Part shown: piece after piece, positions 13,100 through 24,507 of the stretch
Position numbering within the stretch: the first letter of the stretch is position 1
Layout: the number at the start of each line of letters is the position of its first letter
Source: Octopus sinensis
Taxonomy: Eukaryota
Assembly (NCBI RefSeq): GCF_006345805.1
Contig: NC_043024.1
Coordinates: 16,740,001 to 16,804,000, forward strand
DNA length: 64,000 bases
Direction of reading: 5' to 3'
Program-made: the position numbers and the translations under genes
Notes under the pieces: model-generated
Told to the model about the DNA's origin: nothing
Databases searched by the model: none
The model's input: the letters and a program-made list of their open reading frames with translations, nothing else

Positions 13100-13375
13100 T
13101 TGTTTTTGGCATGGCTCCTATCACTTGTTGCCCTTCCAAACACCAAACCTTTACAGAGTGCACTGGGTCCATTTTAGCACAGCACCAAACAATGAAGAGG
13201 TTGTCATGCCATATGTCAGACTAAAAACTTCTCTCATCACTAAGTTATCTCTCCTTTCATTTGCCATCCACTTTGCAGAATGTATTGAGTGCATTTAATC
13301 ATGTGATTAATTCTGTTGAGATTACCTTTTGAACCAAAAGCCCCCACTATCTTGCTGCATCCCTGTCAAAAATAG
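13100..13375 (+). repeat. Local duplicated segment, copy 2 (empty site)
   Basis: Matches 10432-10929 without the MITE. Confidence 0.9.
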
Positions 13376-13457
13376 GTGCAGATAGACACATATATATCTG
13401 GAGTAGATAAAGTCCAGCCTACATATGTTTCATAGCGAGCGGACTCTCAGAAGTGAG

Positions 13458-13640
13458 AAATATTGAAGCGAGGTGTATACTACAGGCTACCTGTCCAGCC
13501 AAGGATACCTTGAAAAAAATGAAGTTTACATTGTTGTAAGGAGGTGCATGTTTACAAATAAAGAAGATTGAAAAACTTCATGTTTCAAGATACCCTTGGC
13601 CTGAAAAGTAGCCTGCAGTATACACCTCACTTGGATATTT
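13458..13640. repeat. Imperfect fold-back, about 70-bp arms
   Basis: 13458-13527 versus reverse complement of 13573-13640, roughly 80% matched by eye. Confidence 0.75.
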
Positions 13641-14799
13641 ACCATTTCTTTATATATATATATATATATATAGAATGGACTTCTTTCAGTTTCTATCTAC
13701 CAAATCCACTCAGAATGCCATGCTGTGGAACTGAACCCATAACCATGTAGCTGGGAACCAAGCTTCTTACCACACATCTGGGCCTGCAGAATTTGTCAAA
13801 GATACTTTTGCTGCAAATATTCCAACTGTATTAGATAAATTTTTCATGTTCACATCGTGTTTCACAATGAAACAAAATACAGAATGCTTTTGAATACTAA
13901 AGATCACAATTTTCCAAAAGACATCTCTGGTTTCTCAATTTTATTAGCAATTTTGTCATCGAGATTTGCATTCCATTTCAACATGTTTCCAGAATGTATG
14001 AGGCAAGTTATATTTTACCATATATGGTTAGTTTATGATCCACATGAGGATCCACACAATGAAATTCCAGTGTAGGATTGACAAACAGAAATGGTTTTAT
14101 GGAGATTTATTGTGAGGTATAACATGTTACATGACTATGAAATATTATTGATAAGAGTTTGACTGTTTGCACATTGATATTGAAACAATATCCCTGTCAT
14201 TTACACGAAAGAGGTCTTTTATCAGAGATTTTGTGAGTGATTTAGAATTCAGTCATTTAAGGCTGAATAACTTACCTGTTGTGTGGCTGCATATATAAAT
14301 ATATAGATTCCCTATAGCAGAAGTCTTTCAAGGAATTATTGTGAAAAATATAGCAAACAGAAGAGAAGCAGTTATCTCACTATGTCTTACTGTTTTATCC
14401 CATCACTGATCATATATATATATTTAGATATATTACTATATATGTGTGTGTGTGATGGTGGTTACACACACAATGTTGATTAAAGTGTTAAGAAGACCAC
14501 TATTCAATATTTATGTAGAATTTATTGGAACATAAACTTTCCGTGTATAGACTTTCAAGTTAATCTTAATTTACTGCAGAAGTCAGTGCACCCAGGTGTG
14601 TGCGGTAAACATATTCCATTACCTGGTTTAATCACATAGGCCGGCTGTTGGGTGCCTTTTGTGAAGTTCAGTATGGTCTTTGGTTTCAGAAGTAAATTCC
14701 TGCCTCCCTCTCATTTGTCTCAAGAGTTCTGAGAAAAAAAATATGGTTACAGAGGCTGCCCCTTCCTCCCTGACACAACAATATATAGCATCATGATCA

Positions 14800-14965
14800 G
14801 CAGCTGATTTTCCATACTTGTATGGGTTGGCCAGGTTTTCTCCACCAACATATCAGTTAAATTTCTTATCTCCTTTATGACGTTCAGCATCCTGAGATCA
14901 ACTCTCACCGCTTCTGCTTCTGCCTTCCTTGGAATTCCTCTTCCATCGTTTCTCTCCACATGGAT
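14800..14965 (-). mobile_element. RTE LINE 3' end remnant (duplicated near 16660-16825)
   Basis: GRGIPRKAEAEAVRVDLRML..VEKTW followed by an AACCCAT.C.AG.ATGGAAA tail shared with other RTE-tail repeats here. Confidence 0.65.
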
Positions 14966-15252
14966 CTCCTTAAAAGCTCTGATTCAATATGTGTATGTAT
15001 ATGTTTATATACACACACACACACCCACATATATATTTACATATGTATATTTATTTCTTTACTTGTTTCAGTCATGACTGTGGCCATGCTGGAACACCGC
15101 CTTTGGTCAAACAAATCTACCCCCCAGGACTTACTCTTTGTAAGCCTTGTACTTATTCTATCAGTCTCTCTTACTGAACTACAAAGTTATGGGGACATAA
15201 ACATGCAAGAACTGGTTGCCAGTCAGTGGTAGGAGAACAAATACAGACAGAA

Positions 15253-15285
<33 letters not shown>

Positions 15286-15344
15286 GTTTGTAAAAAACCT
15301 ATATCCGAAAGAAGCACACTCTATGATGTAGAGTAGTATTTATG

Positions 15345-15471
15345 AAAAATGGGGAAGGCCAGTTTAAGGGATTACCTTAGGTTTCCTGTCCATAAAGGGT
15401 CTGACGATACACCATAAAGCTAAAGGACAGGAAACCTAAAGTAATCCCATAAATCGGCCTTCTCCATTTTT
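15345..15471. repeat. Fold-back with about 46-bp arms (duplicated at 17202-17328)
   Basis: AAAAATGGGGAAGGCC..GTTTCCTGTCC versus GGACAGGAAAC..GGCCTTCTCCATTTTT. Confidence 0.8.
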
Positions 15472-15474
15472 AAG

Positions 15475-15529
<55 letters not shown>

Positions 15530-15534
<5 letters not shown>

Positions 15535-17331
15535 GACTTCTTTCAGTTTCTATCTACCAAATCCACTCAGAATGCCATGCTGTGGAACTGAACCCATAAC
15601 CATGTAGCTGGGAACCAAGCTTCTTACCACACATCTGGGCCTGCAGAATTTGTCAAAGATACTTTTGCTGCAAATATTCCAACTGTATTAGATAAATTTT
15701 TCATGTTCACATCGTGTTTCACAATGAAACAAAATACAGAATGCTTTTGAATACTAAAGATCACAATTTTCCAAAAGACATCTCTGGTTTCTCAATTTTA
15801 TTAGCAATTTTGTCATCGAGATTTGCATTCCATTTCAACATGTTTCCAGAATGTATGAGGCAAGTTATATTTTACCATATATGGTTAGTTTATGATCCAC
15901 ATGAGGATCCACACAATGAAATTCCAGTGTAGGATTGACAAACAGAAATGGTTTTATGGAGATTTATTGTGAGGTATAACATGTTACATGACTATGAAAT
16001 ATTATTGATAAGAGTTTGACTGTTTGCACATTGATATTGAAACAATATCCCTGTCATTTACACGAAAGAGGTCTTTTATCAGAGATTTTGTGAGTGATTT
16101 AGAATTCAGTCATTTAAGGCTGAATAACTTACCTGTTGTGTGGCTGCATATATAAATATATAGATTCCCTATAGCAGAAGTCTTTCAAGGAATTATTGTG
16201 AAAAATATAGCAAACAGAAGAGAAGCAGTTATCTCACTATGTCTTACTGTTTTATCCCATCACTGATCATATATATATATTTAGATATATTACTATATAT
16301 GTGTGTGTGTGATGGTGGTTACACACACAATGTTGATTAAAGTGTTAAGAAGACCACTATTCAATATTTATGTAGAATTTATTGGAACATAAACTTTCCG
16401 TGTATAGACTTTCAAGTTAATCTTAATTTACTGCAGAAGTCAGTGCACCCAGGTGTGTGCGGTAAACATATTCCATTACCTGGTTTAATCACATAGGCCG
16501 GCTGTTGGGTGCCTTTTGTGAAGTTCAGTATGGTCTTTGGTTTCAGAAGTAAATTCCTGCCTCCCTCTCATTTGTCTCAAGAGTTCTGAGAAAAAAAATA
16601 TGGTTACAGAGGCTGCCCCTTCCTTCCCTGACACAACAATATATAGCATCATGATCAGCAGCTGATTTTCCATACTTGTATGGGTTGGCCAGGTTTTCTC
16701 CACCAACATATCAGTTAAATTTCTTATCTCCTTTATGACGTTCAGCATCCTGAGATCAACTCTCACCGCTTCTGCTTCTGCCTTCCTTGGAATTCCTCTT
16801 CCATCGTTTCTCTCCACATGGATCTCCTTAAAAGCTCTGATTCAATATGTGTATGTATATGTTTATATACACACACACACACCCACACATATATTTACAT
16901 ATGTATATTTATTTCTTTACTTGTTTCAGTCATGACTGTGGCCATGCTGGAACACCGCCTTTGGTCAAACAAATCTACCCCCCAGGACTTACTCTTTGTA
17001 AGCCTTGTACTTATTCTATCAGTCTCTCTTACTGAACTACAAAGTTATGGGGACATAAACATGCAAGAACTGGTTGCCAGTCAGTGGTAGGAGAACAAAT
17101 ACAGACAGAAATACACACACACACACCACACACACACACACCGTTTGTAAAAAACCTATATCCGAAAGAAGCACACTCTATGATGTAGAGTAGTATTTAT
17201 GAAAAATGGGGAAGGCCAGTTTAAGGGATTACCTTAGGTTTCCTGTCCATAAAGGGTCTGACGATACACCATAAAGCTAAAGGACAGGAAACCTAAAGTA
17301 ATCCCATAAATCGGCCTTCTCCATTTTTAAG
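15530..17331 (+). repeat. 1857-bp-period tandem duplication, copy 2
   Basis: Only a few differences from copy 1 seen (CCTTCCTCCC versus CCTTCCTTCCC; CA-tract variants). Confidence 0.97.
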
Positions 17332-17369
<38 letters not shown>

Positions 17370-17397
17370 TATATATATATATATATATATACATATA

Positions 17398-17540
17398 CGA
17401 TGGGCTACTTTCAGTTTTCATCTACCAGATCCACTCACAAGGTTTTGCCCAGCCTAATGCTATAGTACAAGACACTTGCCCAAGGTGCCACACAGTGTGA
17501 CTGAAACCAGAACCATGTGGTGGGGAAGCAACCTTCTTAC
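17398..17540 (-). mobile_element. SINE family A, 5' half
   Basis: Reverse complement of the family A head. Confidence 0.75.
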
Positions 17541-18572
17541 CACAAAGCCATTCCTGTGCCTTATATATATATATATATATATGCACACATACATACATAC
17601 ACACACACACACATAAACACACACACACACTCATACATATACATACAAAGTAAAATATATTACAAAAATACAGTGTAATAAAAAACATCATCATGCTATT
17701 ATCATCATCATCACCATCATCATCATCAACATCATCATTGTGGTCATCAACGTTGTCATCACCATCATCATCATCATCAATTTACTTTCAAGCAATATTG
17801 AAACAAACTTATCATCTAAGCCTTGTTGATAAAACTATTCTGTCACTTAGGTTTTAATTGCTAATTGATGTTTGTTAGTTCATAACACTTAATGGTGTGA
17901 ATGTGTGTGTATGTGCAGAGAAGCAGGCTCAGGTATAGACATTCATAGTCACACGCATAAACATGTGTGTGTGTGTGTGTGTACGCATTTACAAACAGAC
18001 AAACTTTAAGTTGAGGGAGCTTATGTGTGGTTGCTTAATATGCTAAAAATAACAATCAAATCTCCCTCAGATCACATCCAGTCATATTAAACAGGGAAAG
18101 GGCAGATATAGGTGGATAATGTCATATTAAATACTCCTAAAAAGATTAGAGCAGAGGATGGTTGGAATTCCTCTTGTTTTTCCATGTGATGAAGACTGAC
18201 AACAGCTGCATGAACATGCAGAGTGCATACACATGAACATATGCACACATGCACACACATACACACACAAATCCCAAACATACACACATCCAACACCGAA
18301 CAGGGATGGGGGCTCCTCATGGTTATATACCTTGCTAGAAAAAACAGCTTAATTTTCCTCCAAACTGCACGCACTGTATCTGAAATGAAGAAGAGAATAT
18401 GGTCATGGTGGGAATGTCTTTGATTGTAGGCCTATTGGATGAAGGTTGACCAGGAGCTAAGCACCAACAACACATGGCATATGGCATGCACAACATACTC
18501 ACACATTCAGAAATACAAGTAAATAAAAAGACAACAAATGGAAAATATGATATACCTGTATATATATATATA

Positions 18573-18770
18573 TATAATTAAGGGCTAAAGAAGGTTATTC
18601 TAAAGCCAATACACTGATTTATCCACTTATAATCCACTTGTTACAGGAAAATTGAACTGAAAGCGGGCAACTAACCTTTAGAAAATTTAAATTTTCCTGT
18701 AACAAGTGGATTATAAGTGGATAAATCAGTGTATTGGCTTTAGAATAACCTTCTTTAGCCCTTAATTATA
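18573..18770. repeat. Perfect inverted repeat, 81-bp arms and 36-nt spacer
   Basis: 18573-18653 is the exact reverse complement of 18690-18770. Confidence 0.95.
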
Positions 18771-18873
18771 AGATGTTTATACTTCAACCGTAAAGGTTTT
18801 TTTAATATACTGCCACGTTTTTTGATGGAATCCTTTTCTGTAGAGAAAGGGACTTCATCCTATATTGTTAGTA

Positions 18874-18912
<39 letters not shown>

Positions 18913-19118
18913 AATATATATAAAGGGGTTTGTATGATTGTGTATAGAGGGATATATATTATTCAAAGAAATTCCAACTCTGTCTGTTTTTTATGTTTTA
19001 TTTATATTCTTTATAATATTAATGTAGAATATAGAATATATAGTATAAATAATATATATATATATATATATATAGTAGAATGAAATAAAGTATTGTCTTA
19101 TTGAATATAAAATGTTAA

Positions 19119-19162
19119 GGGACTAGTATACTTTCTTGCATTTAAGCAGTCTTCAAGGTCCC
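19119..19162 (-). ncRNA. Variant hammerhead-like motif (left arm of the 470-bp palindrome)
   Basis: GGGAC-CUUGAAGA-CUGC-UUAAAU-GCAA-GAAA-GUAUAC-UA-GUCCC; perfect stem I and palindromic stem III, but the core has one extra nucleotide and the stem II base pair is mismatched. Confidence 0.5.
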
Positions 19163-19211
19163 AGGTTGTGGCAGGAGTGTTTCAACAGTTGAAATACTCC
19201 TGTCACAACCT

Positions 19212-19255
19212 GGGACCTTGAAGACTGCTTAAATGCAAGAAAGTATACTAGCCCC
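19212..19255 (+). ncRNA. Variant hammerhead-like motif (right arm)
   Basis: Same motif as 19119-19162, with stem I 3' strand GCCCC instead of GUCCC. Confidence 0.45.
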
Positions 19256-19406
19256 TTAACATTTTATATTCAATATTTCATCTATTCAATAAGACAATCA
19301 ATACTTCATTTCATTTTATTATATATATATTATTTATACTATATATTCTATATTAATATTATAAAGAATATAAATAAAACATAAAAACAGAGTTAGAATT
19401 TCTTTG

Positions 19407-19444
<38 letters not shown>

Positions 19445-19875
19445 ACACACACACACATATATATATGTACAAATGTAAATGGATGAATGAATTATCCTTT
19501 GTTTACAGTTAACACGGAAAATTCAATAAACAGTTACCAGGGTAGTAAAATTCACGCAAGTAACAAGGATGTAGCGACCTATTCAAAGGTAGAAACTCTG
19601 GGTTAATGTGCAGTAATAGCGTTCTGTTTATCATTCATGCAGTCATCAAAAGTGTTATAATGTCTTGTTGAGATGAGTTCTCTTTCTTTTCTAATGTGAA
19701 GATTACATTATTTTATACCGTTTATTCCTTTGGAATAAAACCAATGTTGCCTTCGAAACATATGCCAAAAGTAAAAGAATTTGAATAACATCTGTGTTCA
19801 ACTCCATTTATTTACTTATATATATATATATATAATATATATATATACTTTATTTAAAGCAGCAGAAAATTCAAC

Positions 19876-19923
19876 AAAACCTGTTACTCTGAGTTTCAAG
19901 TTGCTGTTCATCGGACAGTTTTT
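19876..19923 (-). ncRNA. Degenerate type I hammerhead (left arm)
   Basis: AAAACUGU-CCGAUGA-ACAGCAACUU-GAAA-CUCAGAG-UA-ACAGGUUUU; stem I intact, U4C change in the core, stem II broken. Confidence 0.6.
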
Positions 19924-19930
19924 GCTAGAA

Positions 19931-19977
19931 AAAACTATCTGATGAACGGCAACGTGAAACTCAGAGTAACAGGTTTT
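19931..19977 (+). ncRNA. Type I minimal hammerhead ribozyme
   Basis: AAAACUAU-CUGAUGA-ACG-GCAA-CGU-GAAA-CUC-A-GAG-UA|ACAGGUUUU; complete core and GUA cleavage triplet; one mismatch and a bulge in stem I. Confidence 0.8.
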
Positions 19978-20256
19978 GTTGAATTTTTTGCTGCTTTAAA
20001 TAAAGCATATTACTCTACCACTGGTATTTGAGTACTCTTTTTTCCACCTTGTTTCACATTTATGTGTTTACTCCGGTGTATATATATATATATATATAAT
20101 ATATAATATATATATATATAATATATATATAATGTGTATATAATATGTATATTTGTGGTTTTTGACTTAAGATTATCTCTACTCTCTTAACTGAATGAGT
20201 GCTTTTCTACTTTTTGAAACATTACGACACATATATATATATATATATATATATAT

Positions 20257-20456
20257 GATGCATCACGGCATTTTGTCAGTGAACAGGTCACAGTCTCAAA
20301 GTGACAAAAATATTTTGGTAAATTAAATTTAAATGTTGAAGTGAATCTAACAGTTTTTGTGTGTTTCTTAAAAGGCTTATAAACACTTTCCACGCAATTG
20401 TTTTCATTCCAGCACACGATCTCAGAACAGGTCACTTGCTGCGCAAGTACATCTCC
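20257..20456. repeat. Interspersed repeat, inverted copy at 63825-64000
   Basis: CAGGTCACAGTCTCAAAG...CAGGTCACTTGCTGCGCAAGTACATCTCC matches the reverse complement of the window end. Confidence 0.85.
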
Positions 20457-21609
20457 ATATATATATATACATATATATATGTATATATAAAATTCAAAGA
20501 AACATGTAGTAAATAAATATAGAAATATATACAAAATACACAAACGGAAAACACAGAAGTTCACCAGCTGCTCTTCAGTTATTGGCCAGAGGGTCAAGGG
20601 CAGTTTCGGCAATTCTCGATAATATTGCTTCCCCTCTGGAGGCACAGGCAAGAAACTTGCTAGGAATGGGACTAAAAGATAACAAAATGAGACAGGCTTG
20701 AGATGAGATCCTTAATGGATGGACAAGGGACAAAACAATAAACAGAATAAAGGCTTAGGGCCACATGAAGACAACAATTAAAATGATAATAATACATATA
20801 CAGCAAGAAACTGCAAGACAAGACAAAAATAGGTAACCCGAGGGAGATATATATATATGTGGTTATTTTCCAAATGGAAAATCCTCTTTAAATCCAGATC
20901 CTATATTAATGGATCTAAAATATATTCAGTGTGCCTGCTTGAAAATCTGTATCTATTAAAACACTTGAGAACCGCCAATCAATACATCAATTTGAGGAAT
21001 GAGATTTTTCTTTATCCCCCCCCCCCTCTTTCTCTTTCAGAGAGGCACTGAGCAGCTATACACACACATACACACACGGCAGTAACTTCCACCTACCGAA
21101 TTCAATCACAAAGCTCCGGTCGGCTCGTAACTATAGTGGAAGACACCTACCCAAAGGGTCACGCAGTGGGACTGAACCCGAAACCATGTAGCTAGGAAGC
21201 AAGCTCCCTAACCACAGCCATGCCCGCGCCTACCATTTTCCTATAAATACATCTTGTTAAAATTTAAAAGTAGACCACCAGACATTTATTAAACTGTCAA
21301 CATCTGGTTTATGTCTGTTTGATATTGAATTAGTGTAATGTCGGTTATCTTCCTCGTGTTTTTCCTTTTTGTTTTCTTCTTTACAAGTGTCTCTTGTTTA
21401 AACATTATCTGTTCATAAGACAACCGAAAAGCAAGTCCTGCTTTCAGGTTGATAAATGGCAGAATAAATTATTATTTCCACCTGGAAACCCTGAGTCACT
21501 ATAAATGCAAGATTTGTGGTTTTTAACTTAAGATTATCTCTACTCTCTTTGCTGATTGAGTGCTTTTCTACTTGTTGAAACATTACCACATATTATATAT
21601 ATATATATC

Positions 21610-21800
21610 ATCATCATCATTGTTTAACGTCTGCTTTCCATGCTAGCATGGGTTGGATGATTTGACTGAGGACTGGCGAACCAGATGGCTGCACCAGGCT
21701 CCAATCTGGTCTGGCAGTTTCTACAGCTAGATGCCCTTCCTAAGCACTCCAAGAGTGTAGTGGTTGCTTTTATGTGCTACCAGCACGAGGGCCAGTCAGG
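21610..21800 (-). mobile_element. RTE-tail non-autonomous retroelement fragment
   Basis: (ATC)n then AACGTC.GCTTTCCATGCTAGCATGGGTTGG; same tail at 30165-30245, 45865-46200, 53345-53545 and 54500-54760. Confidence 0.7.
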
Positions 21801-21807
21801 CAGTGTG

Positions 21808-21893
<86 letters not shown>

Positions 21894-22371
21894 GCATGCA
21901 TACATATGTATAAGGACAGTGATTATAGAACAAAGTCACCCACATACCTTGCCCTAACTTACCCTAGTTGTTTTCAGTTACCCTGGTTTACCCATTGTCC
22001 CAAACTGGAGCTACCATATTTTTAATAGCACAGTGTCTCTGACCCACCCACCCTTTTTTTTTCCAGTGTCTCTGAGTCTAGCAGAAGGGAAAATGGGAGC
22101 TAGCTTCCAATCAGGTACCTGTCCTGAATGTTTGTAACACTGGAACCTGTTAAAGGTAGACAAGCATCAGGTGTTTGGGTTAAACAGTTTATATCTATCA
22201 CCCAAGAACAGAAACGTTCTCTCTGACTACTTTCCACACAGTTTCCACCTAGCAGACCTTACTCACAAAGTTTTGCTTGGCCCCCGAAGGCTGTGAAGAA
22301 ACTTACTGATGGTCCCGTTTAGAAGACCAAACCTGGCCTTGCTCCACCTTGCCCCACTCTTGTCTTGACCA

Positions 22372-22410
<39 letters not shown>

Positions 22411-22857
22411 CAGATTGTTTTCTGACTGACAGGCCAGCTGTAACTTCATTGTGGCCAATGTGTTATGCAAATTACTTCAATACAGCTTCTTTACCAGTCT
22501 TTTTGCTCTTCTCTATTCTCTCTATGTCTGGCCACCTGTCAGTCTTGTCTGTCTGTTTATCTTGTCTGTCTTGTCCTTTTTCTTCTTCTCTCTCTCTCTC
22601 TCTCTCTCTCGTCTGTCTGTCTTGTCTGTCTGTCTGTCTTCTCTTTTTCTCTTCTTGTCTCTCTGTCTGTCTGTCTGTGTCTTGTCTGTCTGTGTCTTGT
22701 CTGTCTGTTTGTCTTGTCTGTGTCTTGTCTGTCTTGTCTTTCTCTCTTCTTGTCTCTCTCTCTTGTCTGTCTGTTTGCCTACCAATATTTCCATCCGTCT
22801 ATATATTTGTTTCATTCTTTTCCATTGTACTGAGATACACTTATCTCTCACTCTCTT

Positions 22858-22888
<31 letters not shown>

Positions 22889-24384
22889 TATCTACTTACC
22901 TGTAACTAATAGAGAGAGAGGTAGAAAGAAAAAGTGAATGAAATGGATAAATACGCACCACAGGTGTATATATTCATGAAAAATTGATGCATGAATATAG
23001 TTTTGACGGAGAGGCACCCTGCCACATACATATGAGAGAGATTGTTAGAGACACATATGTATATAAACATCCATTCATACATCCACTCATCCAAACATCC
23101 ACTTAAATGAAATATAAATGATTGATCTGATCTTCCTAACCATATTATATCCACTCTTAAGTGCTACTTTGGTCACATTACATGGTTGGGGGAAGATGTC
23201 AGCATGGTTGTCTGCTGCTGAAGACTTTGCCATTATTTATTCACAGCTTGAGGAACTGTATCATGTAGAATTAAGTGTTCTGCTCAAAGACTCCATCAGG
23301 AACTGTGCAAACCAATTAAGGAACTCATATGGAGATTGCTTCACCTGCTAGCAATAGCAGCCAACACTACCACAAATAATATTTTACTATCTGAAAAAGG
23401 GGAAGAAACATGGGATAACTAACCTAATCCTAGATACACTATCTGAAATATATTGATGGAACAGCCATGGAAGGAATGTCTGTGATTAACTCTCAATAGA
23501 ATTATATTTTTATGTAGAAAATAGAATAATATTTGCCATATTTATGATATGAGAATCACTATACTGATGTACAGTAATTTTTAGGGAAAGACATCATAGA
23601 TTATGATAATTTCTCACAAATTATCATAAATTATCATAATTATTGAGAAATATTAATTGGGAGATGTAGCAGGCTATGTTTTAATGAAGTGGTTTCATAA
23701 GACTGAAACATATCCTGAGCCGTCGTCCTTTCTTGCCTGCATCAGATTGAATTAATTAGTTTTTCTGCTAATATTTCCTTCACTATATGCATTTGATTAA
23801 TTAATTAGATTTTTTTCGTCATTATCTTAAGTCAGTTCTTTCATGACTGTTATACATGGTTAAATTTACCATTTTTCCCTCTTCCCAACCCTCCTCTCTC
23901 TGTCTATCAATCTCTTCATCACCTCCCTCCCTCTCTAAGACATTGACAATCTAAGATAGCCCCGGCTGTCGGTTCCACCACCTCAAACTACACATTGACC
24001 ATTCAGCTTATCTTTTGGTTCTCTAACAGAACCAACAATCAATGAAGCCACAAAATATTGACACAGCTTCTCCATTCAAGTAGAGCGGACAGCAGCGTTA
24101 ATGAGATAAGTGCTGCCTTTGTCATGTAATGTGTAAACAATAACACATGCTCTCTCTCTCTCCCTCTCTTTCTCTCTCTCTCTCTCATCATCTATCTATC
24201 TATTTTCCGTTCACTCGTTTTGCTCTCTCTCTCTCTCTGTCTTTCATTCTTTCTAGCTTTTTTCCCTGTCTCACTCTCTCTTACTTAGTCTTTCCCTTTC
24301 TTTACCTCTGTATCAGTCTGTCTCCACTCTTGTTAATCCTCATTCTTTGTCTATCCATCTGTCTGTCTGTCCATCTCTCTCTCC

Positions 24385-24507
<123 letters not shown>

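Larger units (their letters stand above)
13673..15474 (+). repeat. 1857-bp-period tandem duplication, copy 1
   Basis: Identical ORFs at 13857 and 15714 (offset 1857); copies separated by (CA)n(TA)n. Confidence 0.97.
18952..19420. repeat. About 470-bp palindrome, 1-nt loop at 19187
   Basis: Centre TTCAAC-A-GTTGAA; arms about 235 bp with scattered substitutions and small indels. Confidence 0.95.
19848..20077. mobile_element. Penelope-LTR-like unit with a head-to-head inverted part
   Basis: 76-bp arms (19848-19923 / 19930-20005) with 5 mismatches; right arm continues about 70 bp; flanked by (TA)n; a hammerhead motif in each arm. Confidence 0.7.
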
